A stretch of DNA of 64,000 nt, taken from NCBI GenBank assembly GCA_012295275.1, contig CM022673.1, positions 21,390,001 through 21,454,000 on the forward strand, in the 5' to 3' direction. Every line of letters starts with the position of its first letter. The stretch's first letter is position 1. The notes beneath the pieces are model-generated. The model made no database searches. It had not been told where the DNA came from and worked only from the letters and a program-made list of their open reading frames with translations. The stretch comes from Chrysomallon squamiferum. Lineage: Eukaryota; Animalia; Mollusca. The position numbers and the translations under genes are program-made. This document shows, piece by piece, positions 14,501-29,500 of this stretch.

Positions 14501-17500
14501 ATTTCAACAACTTTTGAAGTCTCCCTTTTATAACAGTGTATAATAAAGGTGATTTTTTAACATTTTTTGTAGGATAATGTAAATATGGAATGTATAAGGA
14601 AGTATGTATGTGTACTCAAAGAATTCAACAAGACTTAACAGTAATAATAAATAAAGTTCATTTTTTAAACTTCAGAGTTGTTGATGGACATCAGTGGATT
14701 ATGGTAGACTTTTTAAAACCTTATCAGATTGATGGAATTGCAACACAAGGAAATCCAGATAATGACAAATGGGTCAGTAAGTTCATTGTCACCTACAGTA
14801 TGGATGGTGTCAACTTTGCACCATATCAAGCATATGGAATTACAAAAATATTTGATGGCAATACAGATGGAAATACTATCAAAAAAAATACTTTTGAACA
14901 TCCAATACCTGCTAGATACGTGAAGGTAATTCCTGTTGAATGGGCCAAGTCTGGAATTGCACTGAGATTTGATATACTTGGCTGCTACAGTGTGACACCT
15001 TCACCTCGACCACCAACTGCACGGCCAGTAAGTCCATCTGTCCATCCACCAGTAAGTCATGTCACTTATGTCCAGCCACCAGCAACTAATGAAAGCAGTC
15101 CATCAGTACATCCACCTACTGGTATAAATGAATACCCAACAACTTTGCCATCAGCTTGGCCTACAGGTAAAGAGTTAGACCTCATACGTATTGTCTCAAA
15201 TTAAAAATCAAATTGTTTTATAAAAAGGGTAATCATATTATTAGTTCTTGATTAAAAATAATGAAATTATTAATTTTGTATGAAAGTAAAATGTGTAAAA
15301 TATATAATTTTTTTTCCTATATGAATATTCTGTTTGGTCATTTCACATATTTGGATTTCATTTTTCTTTTTTACCTTTAAAGAAAAAAAAAAGAAACATT
15401 AAAAAAAAAATATAGTTAAGTGGCACTTATTTTTAATGAACAACCAATTTCTGATTTAGAAAAACACTCTTAAGAGTATTATGATTTATAAAAGTGTTTT
15501 GGTTAATAATATATTTGAAATATTGAAGTTTTCTTCTTATTTTTTTAAAAGAAATAATTTTGTGCAAACAGCCAATGGGACTACAAAGTGCTGAGCTTAT
15601 TAAACCAGGGCAGATCACATCATCTGGATCTTATGCACCAATGGGACGTTTTGACAACCAGATAGGTGCTTGGTCACCCAAGTATGTAGTCAGTGTTTTA
15701 ATATGAAACAGAAAAAACAAAACAAATGTAAATAAAATTAAAATTTGAAATTGTAATAATTATATTGCTAAATAATTACAATGCTAAAGTTAAAATTATA
15801 TTAAAAGATAAAATATCTTCTAACAGAAGGATAAATCAGTAGGATAAAGAAAACTATTGATCTAACATAAATATATTTCTAATGAAAATCATCTTCAATT
15901 TACCATGTTAAAAAAAGTAGAAAATAAGTTGATAATGTAATTATCTGGGAACAATAAAATACCTTTGATTAACATTTCAGGGCATTCTGATGTTATTATT
16001 TTTAAAAAGTAGATGTTGAAATGTAGATGTTAAAAATGAAACCCCTTTTTTATTTCTTATTTTTATTGTGTTATATATATACAATGGTATCTCGAGTTAC
16101 GAGTGCTCCAACTTACAAGTTTTTCGAGTTATGAGCAGTTGCATAGTTGATTGTTTGCTTTGATTTGTGAGCCAAAATCTGAGTTATGAGCCAGCTTCAG
16201 ATATGCTGCTGATAGTTGGCACAGCAAACAACATAACATCCAGCCAGCATCCCGTTGTGTTGAAAGCATCTCTATTGTGTTGTGCTCACATTTTCTGCAG
16301 TATTTTGCCAATTTTTTTTTTCTTTCCATGGATCCTAAGAAAGTGAGTGCAAAGGACAGTGCTGAGAAGAAGAAGCAGATGATGTTCATTGAATTGAAGT
16401 TTGAAGTCATAGAAAAACATGAGTGAGGTGTGATATAGTTGACTTGGCTAAGCAGCAAAAGCATGGTACTTCTACAACGTATACGATGCTTCAGCTGAAG
16501 GAGTCAATAAAGGCTGTAACTCCAGCCAAAGGCGTTAAAATAGTTTGTCTGATCTCCAAGACAAAAACACTTTACAAAACCCATTTATTTCTTTGCATTC
16601 TTTTTTATTTTATTTTTTTATACAATATTTGTCATTTATAAAAACATTTTTCTTATTTAAAAACATCAAAAAAAAAAAAAAAAAGTTGTAGTTTTTGGGG
16701 GGCTGGAATGGATTAATGTTATTTCAATTAATTTCAGTTGGGAAAACTGATTTGATATATGAGCAAATTGAGATACAAGCTTTGTCACAGAATGAATTAA
16801 ACTCGTAAGTCAAGATACCACTGTGTGTGTATGTATGTATGTATGTATATATATATATATATAAACTTTTTTTTTTACTTTATTGCTTAAGAACCTCTGA
16901 TGATAAACAGTGGATTATGGTTGATTTCCTGGAACCACAGCTGCTAGATGGAATAGAAACCCAAGGCCATCCATTTGAAGACAAATGGGTAACAAAATTC
17001 AAAATCTTGTACAGCATAGATGGAAACAGTTTCACATCATATCTTGAACATGGTGTTCCCAAACAATTTAAAGGCAATTCTGACAAAAACAGCATTGTGA
17101 AGAACATTTTTAGCCATCAAATAACAGCAAGGTATGTGAAGATCATCCCAGTTGAATGGGCCACATCTGGTATTGCCTTAAGATTTAATGTACTTGGATG
17201 CATCACTGTTACTCCTACAGTTAGACCAACACCCCAACCAACTATTAGTCCCTCAGAATCACACACTAGCCAGACTGGCGGTGTATCATTTATCCAACCT
17301 TCTGGTCAAACTGGTGGTGTACCATCCATCAAGCCAACTGGACAGATTGGTGGTGTACCATCCATCAAACCTTCTGGTCAAACTGGTGGTGTACCATCCT
17401 TCAGGCCCACTGGACAGACTGGTGGTGTACCATCATTCAGGCCCACTGGACAGACTGGTGGTGTACCATCCATCCAACCAACAGGAGGCATTGAGCCTAC

Positions 17501-20486
17501 AGCAGGAACTGGAGTATCTCCAACACAAAAACCAGGTAAAATAACCATTAGTTCTACCCAAATTGTTACTTCTATTGTATGAAAGCATTGTTCTAGTTTC
17601 ATTATCAACTATTAACCATTACAATAATATCATTATTTTGTAATATTATATATTTCAGTCATTAAATGTGGACTGTCAATGGATGTTGGTAATTTCATAG
17701 CTGTTAAACCTTCACAGCTGTCTTCATCTGGATATCTAGATAATCAAACAACAGCAGTGTTTGGACGACTAAACAATCAAATAGGTGCATGGTCTCCCAA
17801 GTAAGTTTTCAGATTTTTATAAATATATATATATATATTATTTAAAATTTTATTTATTTATTTATTTATTTGTTTATTTATTTATTTATTATTTGTTTTT
17901 TGTTAAGTATTTGAACTTTAAAAAAAAAAATTACTGTCATTTTGGTCTTAATATATTTTTTTCCAAAAGTGATTTATAATTTTTACTGACCGTTCATTTA
18001 TTCAGTCATTACAGTTTTAGCACATTTTTGTCTACATCCAAAAAAAAAATAAAAAGTCTGTGTGTGTGTGTGTATATGAGGGTGTGTGTTGTGTGTGTGT
18101 GTGTGTGTATATATGTATACATACACAATATTTTGTTTTTAGGATTGAAAATTCTGATCAGTGGATAATGGTTGATTTCTTGAAACCACAAACAATAGAT
18201 GGTGTTGTAACTCAGGGACATCCAGTTTTTGATAAATGGGTAACAAAATTCAAGGTGGAATACAGCACTGATAACCATCGTTTTGAACCATACAAAGAGG
18301 CAGGATTAACAAAAATATTCACTGGTAATAGAGACAGAAACAGCACTGTAACAAATATCTTCAGTCATCAGATAATTGCCAGATATATCAAGATTATTCC
18401 ACTTGAATGGACACCATCTGGAATTGCTATGAGATTTGATATGTTAGGATGCAAAAGTATAATTCCCACAGCTAAACCAATGCCTCAGTCAACTGTTGAA
18501 CCATCCCGGAAACCAGGTATTTTTAATCACAGTACAGTTACCTTACTGAGATTTCAATACATCAGAATCAGAATTTCATAAAAAATATTAAAAGCATTTC
18601 ACTTAATTATATAAAACATTGTTATGATAGTAATCACATTTATTTTAATTTAGAATATACTTAAACTAACTATTCTGATAAATAAATGATCAAAAATATA
18701 TATTTATAGAAATTCCATGTAACACAAAGAAAAGCACATGAAAATGCATCCAAAACAGACATAACATACACAAATTTAATTATGTATGACTTTTCCTTTT
18801 AGAACTCACAATTTGTGAAGTGCCAATGGGCCTTCAGAATGCCTTGCTTATTCCAAATGAAAAAATCACATCATCAGGATCTTACAACAGTACATCATCG
18901 GCATGGACTGGAAGAATCTTCAATGAGTTAGGTGCTTGGTCACCTAAGTAAGTAACTAGTTTAAGAGATGACAAGATAAAGTTATTTAGTGAAATTCATA
19001 TTCATTTTCTTTTTATATTCCATAATCAGTGAGAAAGCAATATATATTCTTTTATATCCACTGTACTTTAAAAATGAAAAGAAAGGTCAAAACAGACTGA
19101 TAAACCTTTACAGAAAAAAAGGACAGACAGCTCATAATTTCTGGTAAAACTGAATAAAAAGCATAAAACATTTTTATAGAAGTAATTTATTAAAAAATAT
19201 TTTTTAAATTATAATAAATAACGTTCCAGTTTGTTTTTGAAATGTTTTTCATTCACATATCCCTTTAAGGTTCAAGCATATAACTATGTACAATGGTTTC
19301 TTTATTATTATTTTTTTCAAGATTTTAAAAAAACAATATTTAGTATAAAATATTTTTTTATCTTAATTCCATTATGGAATGAACAGAGGTTTTAAACAGT
19401 TGCATTAATTACATTAAAAGGATCACAGATGCCAATCAGTGGATTATGGTTGACTTCAAGAAACCTCATCAAATAGATGGAATTTTGACTCAGGGACATC
19501 CACTTGTTGATAAATGGGTTCAAAAGTTCAATATTGAATACAGCTTAGATGGACTTCATTTCAAGCCCTATCTTGAGTCAGGTGTTGTAAAAGTGTTTAC
19601 AGGTAATTCTGACAAGAACAGCATTGTGAGGAATATCTTCCAGAATCAATTTTTAGCCAGATACATCAAGATAATTCCTGTTGATTGGGCACCTTCTGGT
19701 ATTGCAATGAGATTTGACATACTTGGCTGCTACACAGCAACTCCGACAGTAACACCAACCATTGGCCCATCAGCATCTCCTACTGTGAAACCACCTAGTG
19801 TTGGTACAGGTGTTCCATCAGTGAAACCACAAGTAAATGGTACAGGTATTCCATCAGTGAAACCAACTGGAGGAGCTACAGATAAACCTTCAATTTCCCC
19901 ACCAACAGGTTTTTCAAGCACACCAGGTAATTATGTATATGTGTACATACATGTTCTTTTTTTGTTGTTGTTCCTGATATTTATTTTTGTTTCAAATATG
20001 TAAACAAGTTTTACAAAATGTGTAAATTTTCTAGTAATTCAGGACTTTTTTTTTAAATTATAGAATAGATTAAGAAAAAATTTAATAGAAATATTTAAAA
20101 ACAAATTTGAAAAAAAGGAAAAGTAAATGACAGTAATTGAAATATCTCTTGTTTTACATATTGTCTTTTCAATACTAACATTTAAAAGATGAAACAAAAT
20201 GTTAATTTAAAATCAAACTGATTATAATAATATTAAAAAATTAGTATACATTATTTCATGTTTTGATTTATATTTATAAAATGTTGTTTTAAGTGACTCT
20301 TTGTGGAGTGCCAATGGGAGTTGAAAATGCTTTAATAGTAACAGATTCACAAATCACCTCGTCTGGATACAACAGTCCTGCAACTGCACCATCGATGGGA
20401 CGAATCTTTAATCATCTAGGAGCCTGGTCACCTAAGTAAGAAAAGTCATCTAAAGAAAAGAACAATGTAACTTTCATTAACAGAAA

Positions 20487-20518
<32 letters not shown>

Positions 20519-23500
20519 GTAATTATTTGTGATATATATAAAATCATAGTGTTTGTTGGGTAATTACACATTTAGTTTTTTTAACTTTATCATCATCAAT
20601 GACAAATTTAATAAAGGCATTTTAATCTCCAAAGATTAAAAATAAATAAAAATGATATCAATAAATGTTATGGAAATAAAGTCTTAATTTTGGTATAATT
20701 ATAAAATAAAGAAATAATGATGCAAAAGCTGAAAGTGTTAATGATTTTCAGAGTGGTTGATGGAAAACAGTGGATCATGGTTGATTTTATCACGCCACAT
20801 CAGCTGGATGGCATTCATACACAAGGCAGTCCAATTGAAGACAAATGGGTCACCAAGTTCATGGTTAATTACAGTACAGATGGAACACATTTCACTACTT
20901 ACCAGGAAAATGGAAAACCCAAAATATTTATTGGTAATTCAGATAGAAATGGTGGCAAGAACAATGTCTTCAATAAAGAAATAAGTGCAAGATACATCAG
21001 GATTATCCCTCTAGAATGGGCTCCTGCTGGAATTGGTTTGCGGTTCAACATTCTTGGTTGCTACACATTCCTTCCAACAGTAAAACCAACAACTAGTCAG
21101 TATGTCAGTCCATCTGTGTCTCCTGCTGTTAGTTCTGGTTCCACTAACAAGCCTTATACCATAGGAAACCAATCCCCATCAGTTAAACCTCACACAGGAG
21201 GGACAGTTTCACCTACTGCAAAAATACCAGGTAAAATTATGTATTATATTAAAAAAAGAAAAGCAGAAAAGCCAGAAAAGCAGGTAAAATTATGTATAAT
21301 ATTAAAAAAAGAAAAGCAGAAAGGACATAATAATATTTAGGGAATGAATCTAGCTTAACATTACAGAGCAGTTGAAATATAGATAAACAGTTATCCTAAC
21401 AAGTGTCATTCTTGTCATTATAGGTTTTCTCATTATAGCATATATTTAATTGTATTTTGTAGTCATATGTGGATCATCAATGGGTGTTGATAATGCACTG
21501 ATTGTTAAAGATGCACAAATAACATCATCAGGATACAGCAGCTTTGCATCAGTTGGATCAGTGGGCCGACTTTTTAACCAGTTTGGTGCCTGGTCTCCAG
21601 AGTAAGATATAAACTGTTTGATATCTATTTTCTAAACAAAAGACTTTTATGTGGCAGCACTTTTGATATATGTTTGATCTACAGTTGTATGGTTTCATAT
21701 AAATTAAGAGATATTAGGAAGATAGGGAACTCTATTTTGCCATATATGTGGCTACTCTTTTTTAATTAGCAGGACCTACACAGTACAGCCTTTAAGTAGC
21801 TGATAATAAAGCACGGACTGAGACATTTCCAAAAATATAATTCATTCTGTGCCCATCTCACCTGTACTCCTAGCACTCATTTTATTTCTGAAAAGATTAT
21901 AATTACAGCACATTGTAATTAAACCTAAAATCATCTTGTTGATTAGTTCTTAGAATTTTTGTCACCTTATCCAAGAAACAGTTGAAGACTAAATACAATT
22001 TCAAAGTTCTTATTAACATTTTTGATAAATGTGTTTTCAATAACTATTTATTAAATAGTAAGTTTTGGTTACAGGCACATGGATGGAAACCAGTGGATTA
22101 TGGTAGATTTCCTTGAACCCAAAGAAATTAATGGAATTTTGACTCAGGGAAGTCCATTTACAGACCAATGGGTCACCAAATACAAAGTGTCATACAGTAT
22201 TGATGGATACCATTTTACACCATATAAAGAAAATGGTACAACCAAACTTTTTGATGGCAATACAGACAGATCTTACGTAATGAAAAATCTATTCATCCAT
22301 CCTATTACTGCTCAGTACATAAAGATATTTCCAGTTGAATGGGCTCCAGCTGGGATTGCCATGCGGCTAAATATCCTTGGGTGCTACAGTACTGTTACAA
22401 CTGCCATTCCACAAACAAAACAAACTGCCAGTCCATCCATCCACCCATCTGGTCATACTGGAGTGACTCCCTCTTATCAACCATCTGGAGTCAGTGGAAT
22501 TACACCATCCATCCAGCCACCAAGTCACCATGGAGCTACTCCTTCACTAACACCTTCTGTTAGCCCAACTCTGACACCATCTTATGTATCAACACTTGAA
22601 CCAAGTAAGTAAATTAATGGATTAATGGATAAATATTTCTATGAATTTCAAAGTATGTATTTAAAGAAATTTTAACAGATACTTGTAACAATAAAATTGA
22701 AAATATTAAACTTCATTTTTAAAATTAAAGGAATATGACTGGAACTCAGTCACAAGAAAGAGAATTTTTTTTTTTTTATATCAATTTTATTGAAACAAAA
22801 CTTAAGTTTGAATTGTACTTTATGACATAACAAATAGGTAATATAAATTTGATTGTAATACAGTGTGCACACAGTCCATGGGTATTGAAAACTACAGAAT
22901 TATAAATGACAGTCAGCTCAGCTCATCATCAAAGCTTAATAACAACCATGGACCAGAAAATGGAAGACTGTTAGAAGGCATTTCTCAATTCAGTGGGGCA
23001 TGGGTTCATTCGTAAGTGACATTTTTATATATATTCTAAAATAAAAAAATACTTAATCATGAGTTTTGATAATCTCATTGCTGTCACTGGTCATAAAAGT
23101 TGAAAAGTCAACAGTTCTTGAGACAAAATAAAACAAATTGATGGCAATTGGATAACTTGGGAAATCAATACATTAATTAATACTAATATATTTTTTAATA
23201 TTTTGTTTTTATCTCTTGCCATAAGTAGTAAAACATTCAGTTAATTTTGGTTTTAACTAATAATATTAATAATACTTTGAAAATTATGCTTTTGATGGAT
23301 CTATTTATCCAGAGGTACTGATAAGGAACCTTGGATAATGGTTAACTTCCTAGAGCCCAAAAAGATATCTGGCATTGTTACTCAGGGTGCTGGATCAGAG
23401 AAAACATGGGTAACTCAGTTTAAGATTTCATATAGCACAGATGGCATCAATTTTGAACAATATTCGGACAAACCTGCTAGTGGACAAGGCAAGGTATTTG

Positions 23501-26500
23501 ATGGAAATACTGACTCAGTAGGAACTATTACACGATTCTTCAGTCATAATTTGGTTGCTCAGTACATCAGAGTGATTCCTGTGAAAACTCATGGAATTGG
23601 TGGTTTTAGATTTAATATTCTTGGATGTAACCCATCTCCTCTCAACACTCTGATACCACTCAAGTCTACAGTTTCCCCATCACTGAAAACAGGAGCCACT
23701 CCCACTGTATCACCTTCTCCAGTAATGCAAGTCACCACATCTTCTGTTCCAGGTTTGCCCATATCTTCAGGTAAATCTTGAAAGAGTTCACATTGTTTCT
23801 ATCAGCAATACAATTAAACTTTAGATTTATGAACTAAAAGAAATTTATTCTATTAGATTTTAAAAAAAAATCATAAATAGTTTCTTTCTTCTGATAATAT
23901 TTACAATTATGAAATCAGATAACTTTTAATCTGGATTGCCTTAGATCGTACTTAAATAATAATACACTTGCATGTTAATGGATTAAACAAAAGAAGGCAT
24001 TCAAAATATGCACTATTTTGAAACTTTATTTTTAGTATGCCTTATTCCAATGGGAATAGAGAATATGTACATAGTACACAATTCTCAGCTAACAGCCTCA
24101 TCATTTAAAGATGGTTTTCCACCTTCACAAGGACGTCTGTACAATGTACCCATCAATAAATTAGGTGGGGCTTGGGTATCAAGGTATTGTATATAATTTT
24201 CTTTTTATGAAATCATTATTATACTGTTTTTTCAAACTGGTCAGGTCATAACTACTTGAAAACCTAATTAATAGAAACTCTTTTTATATTTTTCTGTATA
24301 TTGAAAGAAGCTACACTGACAAATGATTTTCTCATAAGACTAAAAATGACAAATAATCACTAAGTTTTAGTTCTTTCTTATTTTTTTTTTTTTTTATTTA
24401 TTATTTCTATTCATCTTCTTTTTTTCTTTCCCAGAAACAAAAAATCTATTTTATTGTTAATAACACTGACTTTTTTCTCTGTTCTTAGCTCATTGAAGGA
24501 TCAATGGATACAAGTGGATTTGCTAAAACCTAAACTGATATCAGGTGTCATAACACAGGGAAGTCCTCTAGATGCAAAATGGGTTACCACATACAATGTC
24601 TTTACCAGTCTTGATGGAAAATCATTTACTCCATACACAGATATGCCAAGTGATACTACTCCGAAGTCATTTAATGGCAATGTGGACCAAAATACACCAC
24701 ATAGGGAATTATTTAATCGGGATATTGTAGCAAGATTTATAAGAATTGTACCACTAACCTGGAGTCCTGGAGGAATAGCTGTTCGTTTCAATATTCTTGG
24801 TTGTCAGCCTGACAAAGCTAGACCAATACCTCCAACAACAGTGAAACCTCTGTCAGACAAAACTACTAAACCAACACCAACAAGAAAACCAACTGTAATA
24901 CCACCATCTGGACAAACAGGAAAACCAACAGTGATACCACCATCTGGTCAAACAATAACACCAACTGTGATACCACCATCTGGTCAAACAGGAAAACCAA
25001 CTGTGATACCACCATCTGGACAAACAGGAAAACCAACTGTGATACCACCATCTGGACAAACAGGAAAACCAACTGTGATACCACCATCTGGACAAACAGT
25101 AACCCCAACTGTGATACCACCATCTGGACAAACAGGAAAACCAACTGTGATACCACCATCTGGTCAGCAGGAAACACCAACTGTGATACCACCAACTGGT
25201 AAGCCAGTAACCCTAACAGTCATGCTATCATCTAATGCCACAGAAAAAATAACTCTGGTATCAACATATTCTTCATTCCAAGTTAGACTTTTTGTTACAA
25301 ATATTCAATAGCAAACATATTTAGACCACTGCTTTTTTATTATTTACTTCAGTTTTAAGATATGTATTACACTTATTTTAAAATAAAATATATATTCATT
25401 GATAAAAGCTAATTATTTATTTGTCTAGTGACACCACAGCACACAGAAAACATTGGCTGTTAACAAAATAAATTGAAATAGATATTAATATAAAATTTGA
25501 TGAACAAAATAAACACTGTATTAATTACTATACCATTATCAAATAAATATCACTTGTCAAAATTGATTTTTCTTTAATCTTTTAAATTTTATATATATAT
25601 ATATATAAAAGTAAAGCAATTTCATTGTCATATTTGATTCAAAAAGAAGACATATAAATGAAATAATTAATATTAGGTTAATAACACCTCATCACTTTTC
25701 ATATGCATTATCCCACAAAGAGTAAGATACATTCAAAGCACTGATAAGTCAAGGCCATTGGCAATAATGAGAAACAGCCCTGTAAGAGCTGCAAGAAGAG
25801 AAGAGTTTGCACCAGTCATGTCTTACCCTGCACTCTAACCACAAATTTACAACAATAAAGAGGTGGATTTAAAAAGTGCATTATCTATCTGTCTATCTAT
25901 CTATCAATCTATCTATCTGTCTATCTATCTATCTATCTATATACACACATGTATATAAATGTCTTTTTAATTTAAAAGATTGTGATGTTTCGATGGGAGT
26001 TGAGAATCTAAGAATCATTGGAGGTCGTCAGTTATCAGCTTCATCTATTTTGGACAAATTTCACAGTGCTGAACGAGGTCGTCTGTACACAAATAAAGAT
26101 GGCTATTTTGCAGGAGCATGGGTTCCTCAGTGAGTATATTATAATCAACTGTGTAGCTCCAGTAATGAATCTCACTGTCAGTGACATTTGAAGTTGAATT
26201 TTTATTAGATTTTATGATAATGGTAAATAAGCAAAACATTCTTCTTGTGAAATGAAAAATATTGTTACTAATTCTGGCCAGTTTATTCATTCCCAAATGC
26301 ATAAAAACACTGAATAGGCTATATTGTTAAAGTATTTGGTTTTAGTTTTCAATATAACTTTTAACAAGTAAATGTTTTAAGTGTAAGTTAAAATAATTCA
26401 AATAACAATAAGTTTAACATCTTTTAAAATTAAAAGTTAAATAAATAAAATGAAAATGTGCGGGTACATTAAAGACAAGCTTGAAGAAAGGAACAACAGA

Positions 26501-29500
26501 ATTTTTTTATTTCTTTGTTGTTTTTCACAGAGTTCCTAACAATCGTCAATGGATTCAAGTTGATTTCGGTGCACCATATCCAGTTGCTGGCATTATCACA
26601 CAGGGTCGATCAGATATACCTCAGTGGGTGAAGAAATATGAAGTATATTATAGTAATGATGGCCATCACTTTAAACCTGTGTTGACTGGCACTTCAGAAG
26701 TGAAGGTTTTTGAAGGAAATGTTGATCAGAATACACCTAAACAGAATACCTTCTCAGTTGTTATAGCAAGGTTTATTAGGATCCGCCCCATTGAATGGCA
26801 TCAGGCAGTGGCTTTAAGATTTAATGTTCTTGGTTGTATACTTCCATCGCCAACACCTAGCCTGCCAACTGTGTCAACTGTAGGTCCAACCACAACTCCT
26901 TGTATGTATTGGACACCATGGGTAAACAGTCACAGGCCAGAAGCTACAGGAGAACATGAATCAGTGTTCAACATGAAGAACTATGTCACAGTGTGTGATA
27001 TAAAGTATATAACAACTATTGAGTGTCGTACAGTGGATAAAAAACTGAGTCCTCAGCAGGATGGTCAAATAGGTGTTGAGTGCAGTTTAGAGAAAAAAGT
27101 TCTTATTTGTGATGGCAAAAAACAAGTAGGTGATGCATGTCATGATTATGAAATTAGAGTGTTCTGTGATGAATGTATTAAGCCAACACAATTTCCAACA
27201 CCTGAAACTAGTCCTCATTCACCTTTGACTCCATCAACAGGAGAGGTCCCAAGCATTAAACCTCCCATATGCATAGATCGATGGAGTGAATGGATAAATA
27301 AAGATACACCTGATGGAAAAGGAGATTTTGAATCTCTTACTGTTCAAGAGTTAGATGTATTTTGTCCAGGAGGAATGATTTCTGACATATTATGTGTTAG
27401 TGCAACAACAGGACAACAGTATTACTTGACAGGGGATATTGCTTCCTGCAATGCATCAAGTGGGTTTCAGTGCAGCAATGTCAATAATAGTCCACTAACT
27501 TGTCAAGACTATAAAGTTAAATACAAGTGTCACTGCAGATGTAAGTAAAACCACTTTTCAGTAGTACTGAACTAAAAAAACAACATTTACCAGCATATAT
27601 TCAGTAATATTTGGACAAAATTTAGTATCATACAAGTTACTTAAACATATGTTTCTATTTTATTATTCTTATAATAGCAGGTTCTTTGATTAAGTACTAT
27701 CAAATATTTTACATATTTTCAAATCAATATTAGTACACTGAATAATGTTTTGTAACAGAATGAATTCATTTTCATTTCTCATCTATTCTGCCATTTCCAA
27801 CACTATTAAAATTAACTTCTTACTGATCCTTATCTTTAGTCAATTTTATTTCATAATAATACAGATATATTACTAAATAGAACTATTTTTGGCATTTTAC
27901 AGCTACTCCAACTGTTTCTCTACAACTGTGTTCAGTCAGCAAATGGTCTGAATGGATAAACAGAGATACACCTGATACAGGAGAAGGTGATCATGAAGCA
28001 TATACAACAGAGGAGCTGATGAAATTCTGTCCAGGTGGAGAAATCACTGACATAGAATGTGTAACAACAGATGGCATTGCCTCGTACAGTTCAGGAGAAA
28101 TTAACACTTGCAAGAAAGATACTGGATTAAAGTGTGAAAATAAAAGACAATTTCCCTGTTCCTTGTTCTGATTACAAGATAAGATACTTCTGCAAATGCT
28201 CTCCCGTGGTGACATCACCTTCATTATCCACTGGACCCTCAACAGCCACACCATCTACTACACAAGAAATGACATCTTCTGTCTCTCCAACTTCAGGAAC
28301 ATATAAAATCTCTACAGGTTCAACTGAACAACTGTGTTCAGTCAGCAAATGGTCTGAATGGATAAACAGAGATACACCTGATACAGGAGAAGGTGATCAT
28401 GAAGCATATACAACAGAGGAGCTGATGAAATTCTGTCCAGGTGGAGAAATCACTGACATAGAATGTGTAACAACAGATGGCATTGCCTCGTACAGTTCAG
28501 GAGAAATTAACACTTGCAAGAAAGATACTGGATTAAAGTGTGAAAACAAAGACAATTTCCCTGTTCCTTGTTCTGATTACAAGATAAGATACTTCTGCAA
28601 ATGCTCTCCCGTGGTGACATCACCTTCATTATCCACTGGACCCTCAACAGCCACACCATCTACTACACAAGAAATGACATCTTCTGTCTCTCCAACTTCA
28701 GGAACATATAAAATCTCTACAGGTTCAACTGAACAACTGTGTTCAGTCAGCAAATGGTCTGAATGGATAAACAGAGATACACCTGATACAGGAGAAGGTG
28801 ATCATGAAGCATATACAACAGAGGAGCTGATGAAATTCTGTCCAGGTGGAGAAATCACTGACATAGAATGTGTAACAACAGATGGCATTGCCTCGTACAG
28901 TTCAGGAGAAATTAACACTTGCAAGAAAGATACTGGATTAAAGTGTGAAAACAAAGACAATTTCCCTGTTCCTTGTTCTGATTACAAGATAAGATACTTC
29001 TGCAAATGCTCTCCTGTGGTGACATCATCTTCATTATCCACTGGACCCTCAACAGCCACACCATCTGCTACACAAGAAACGACATCTTCTGTCTCTCCAA
29101 CTTCAGGAACATATAAAATCTCTACAGGTTCAACTGAACAACTGTGTTCAGTCAGCAAATGGTCTGAATGGATAAACAGAGATACACCTGATACAGGAGA
29201 AGGTGATCATGAAGCATATACAACAGAGGAGCTGATGAAATTCTGTCCAGATGGAGAAATCACTGACATAGAATGTGTAACAACAGATGGCATTGCCTCG
29301 TACAGTTCAGGAGAAATTAACACTTGCAAGAAAGATACTGGATTAAAGTGTGAAAACAAAGACAATTTCCCCTGTTCCTTGTTCTGATTACAAGATAAGA
29401 TACTTCTGCAAATGCTCTCCCGTGGTGACATCATCTTCATTATCCACTGGACCCTCAACAGCCACACCATCTGCTACACAAGAAACGACATCTTCTTCTG

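Noticed and set aside
25426-25455. Possible micro-exon (VTPQHTENI) after ttgtctag
   Set aside because: There is no convincing GT donor, and the flanking exons join in frame without it.
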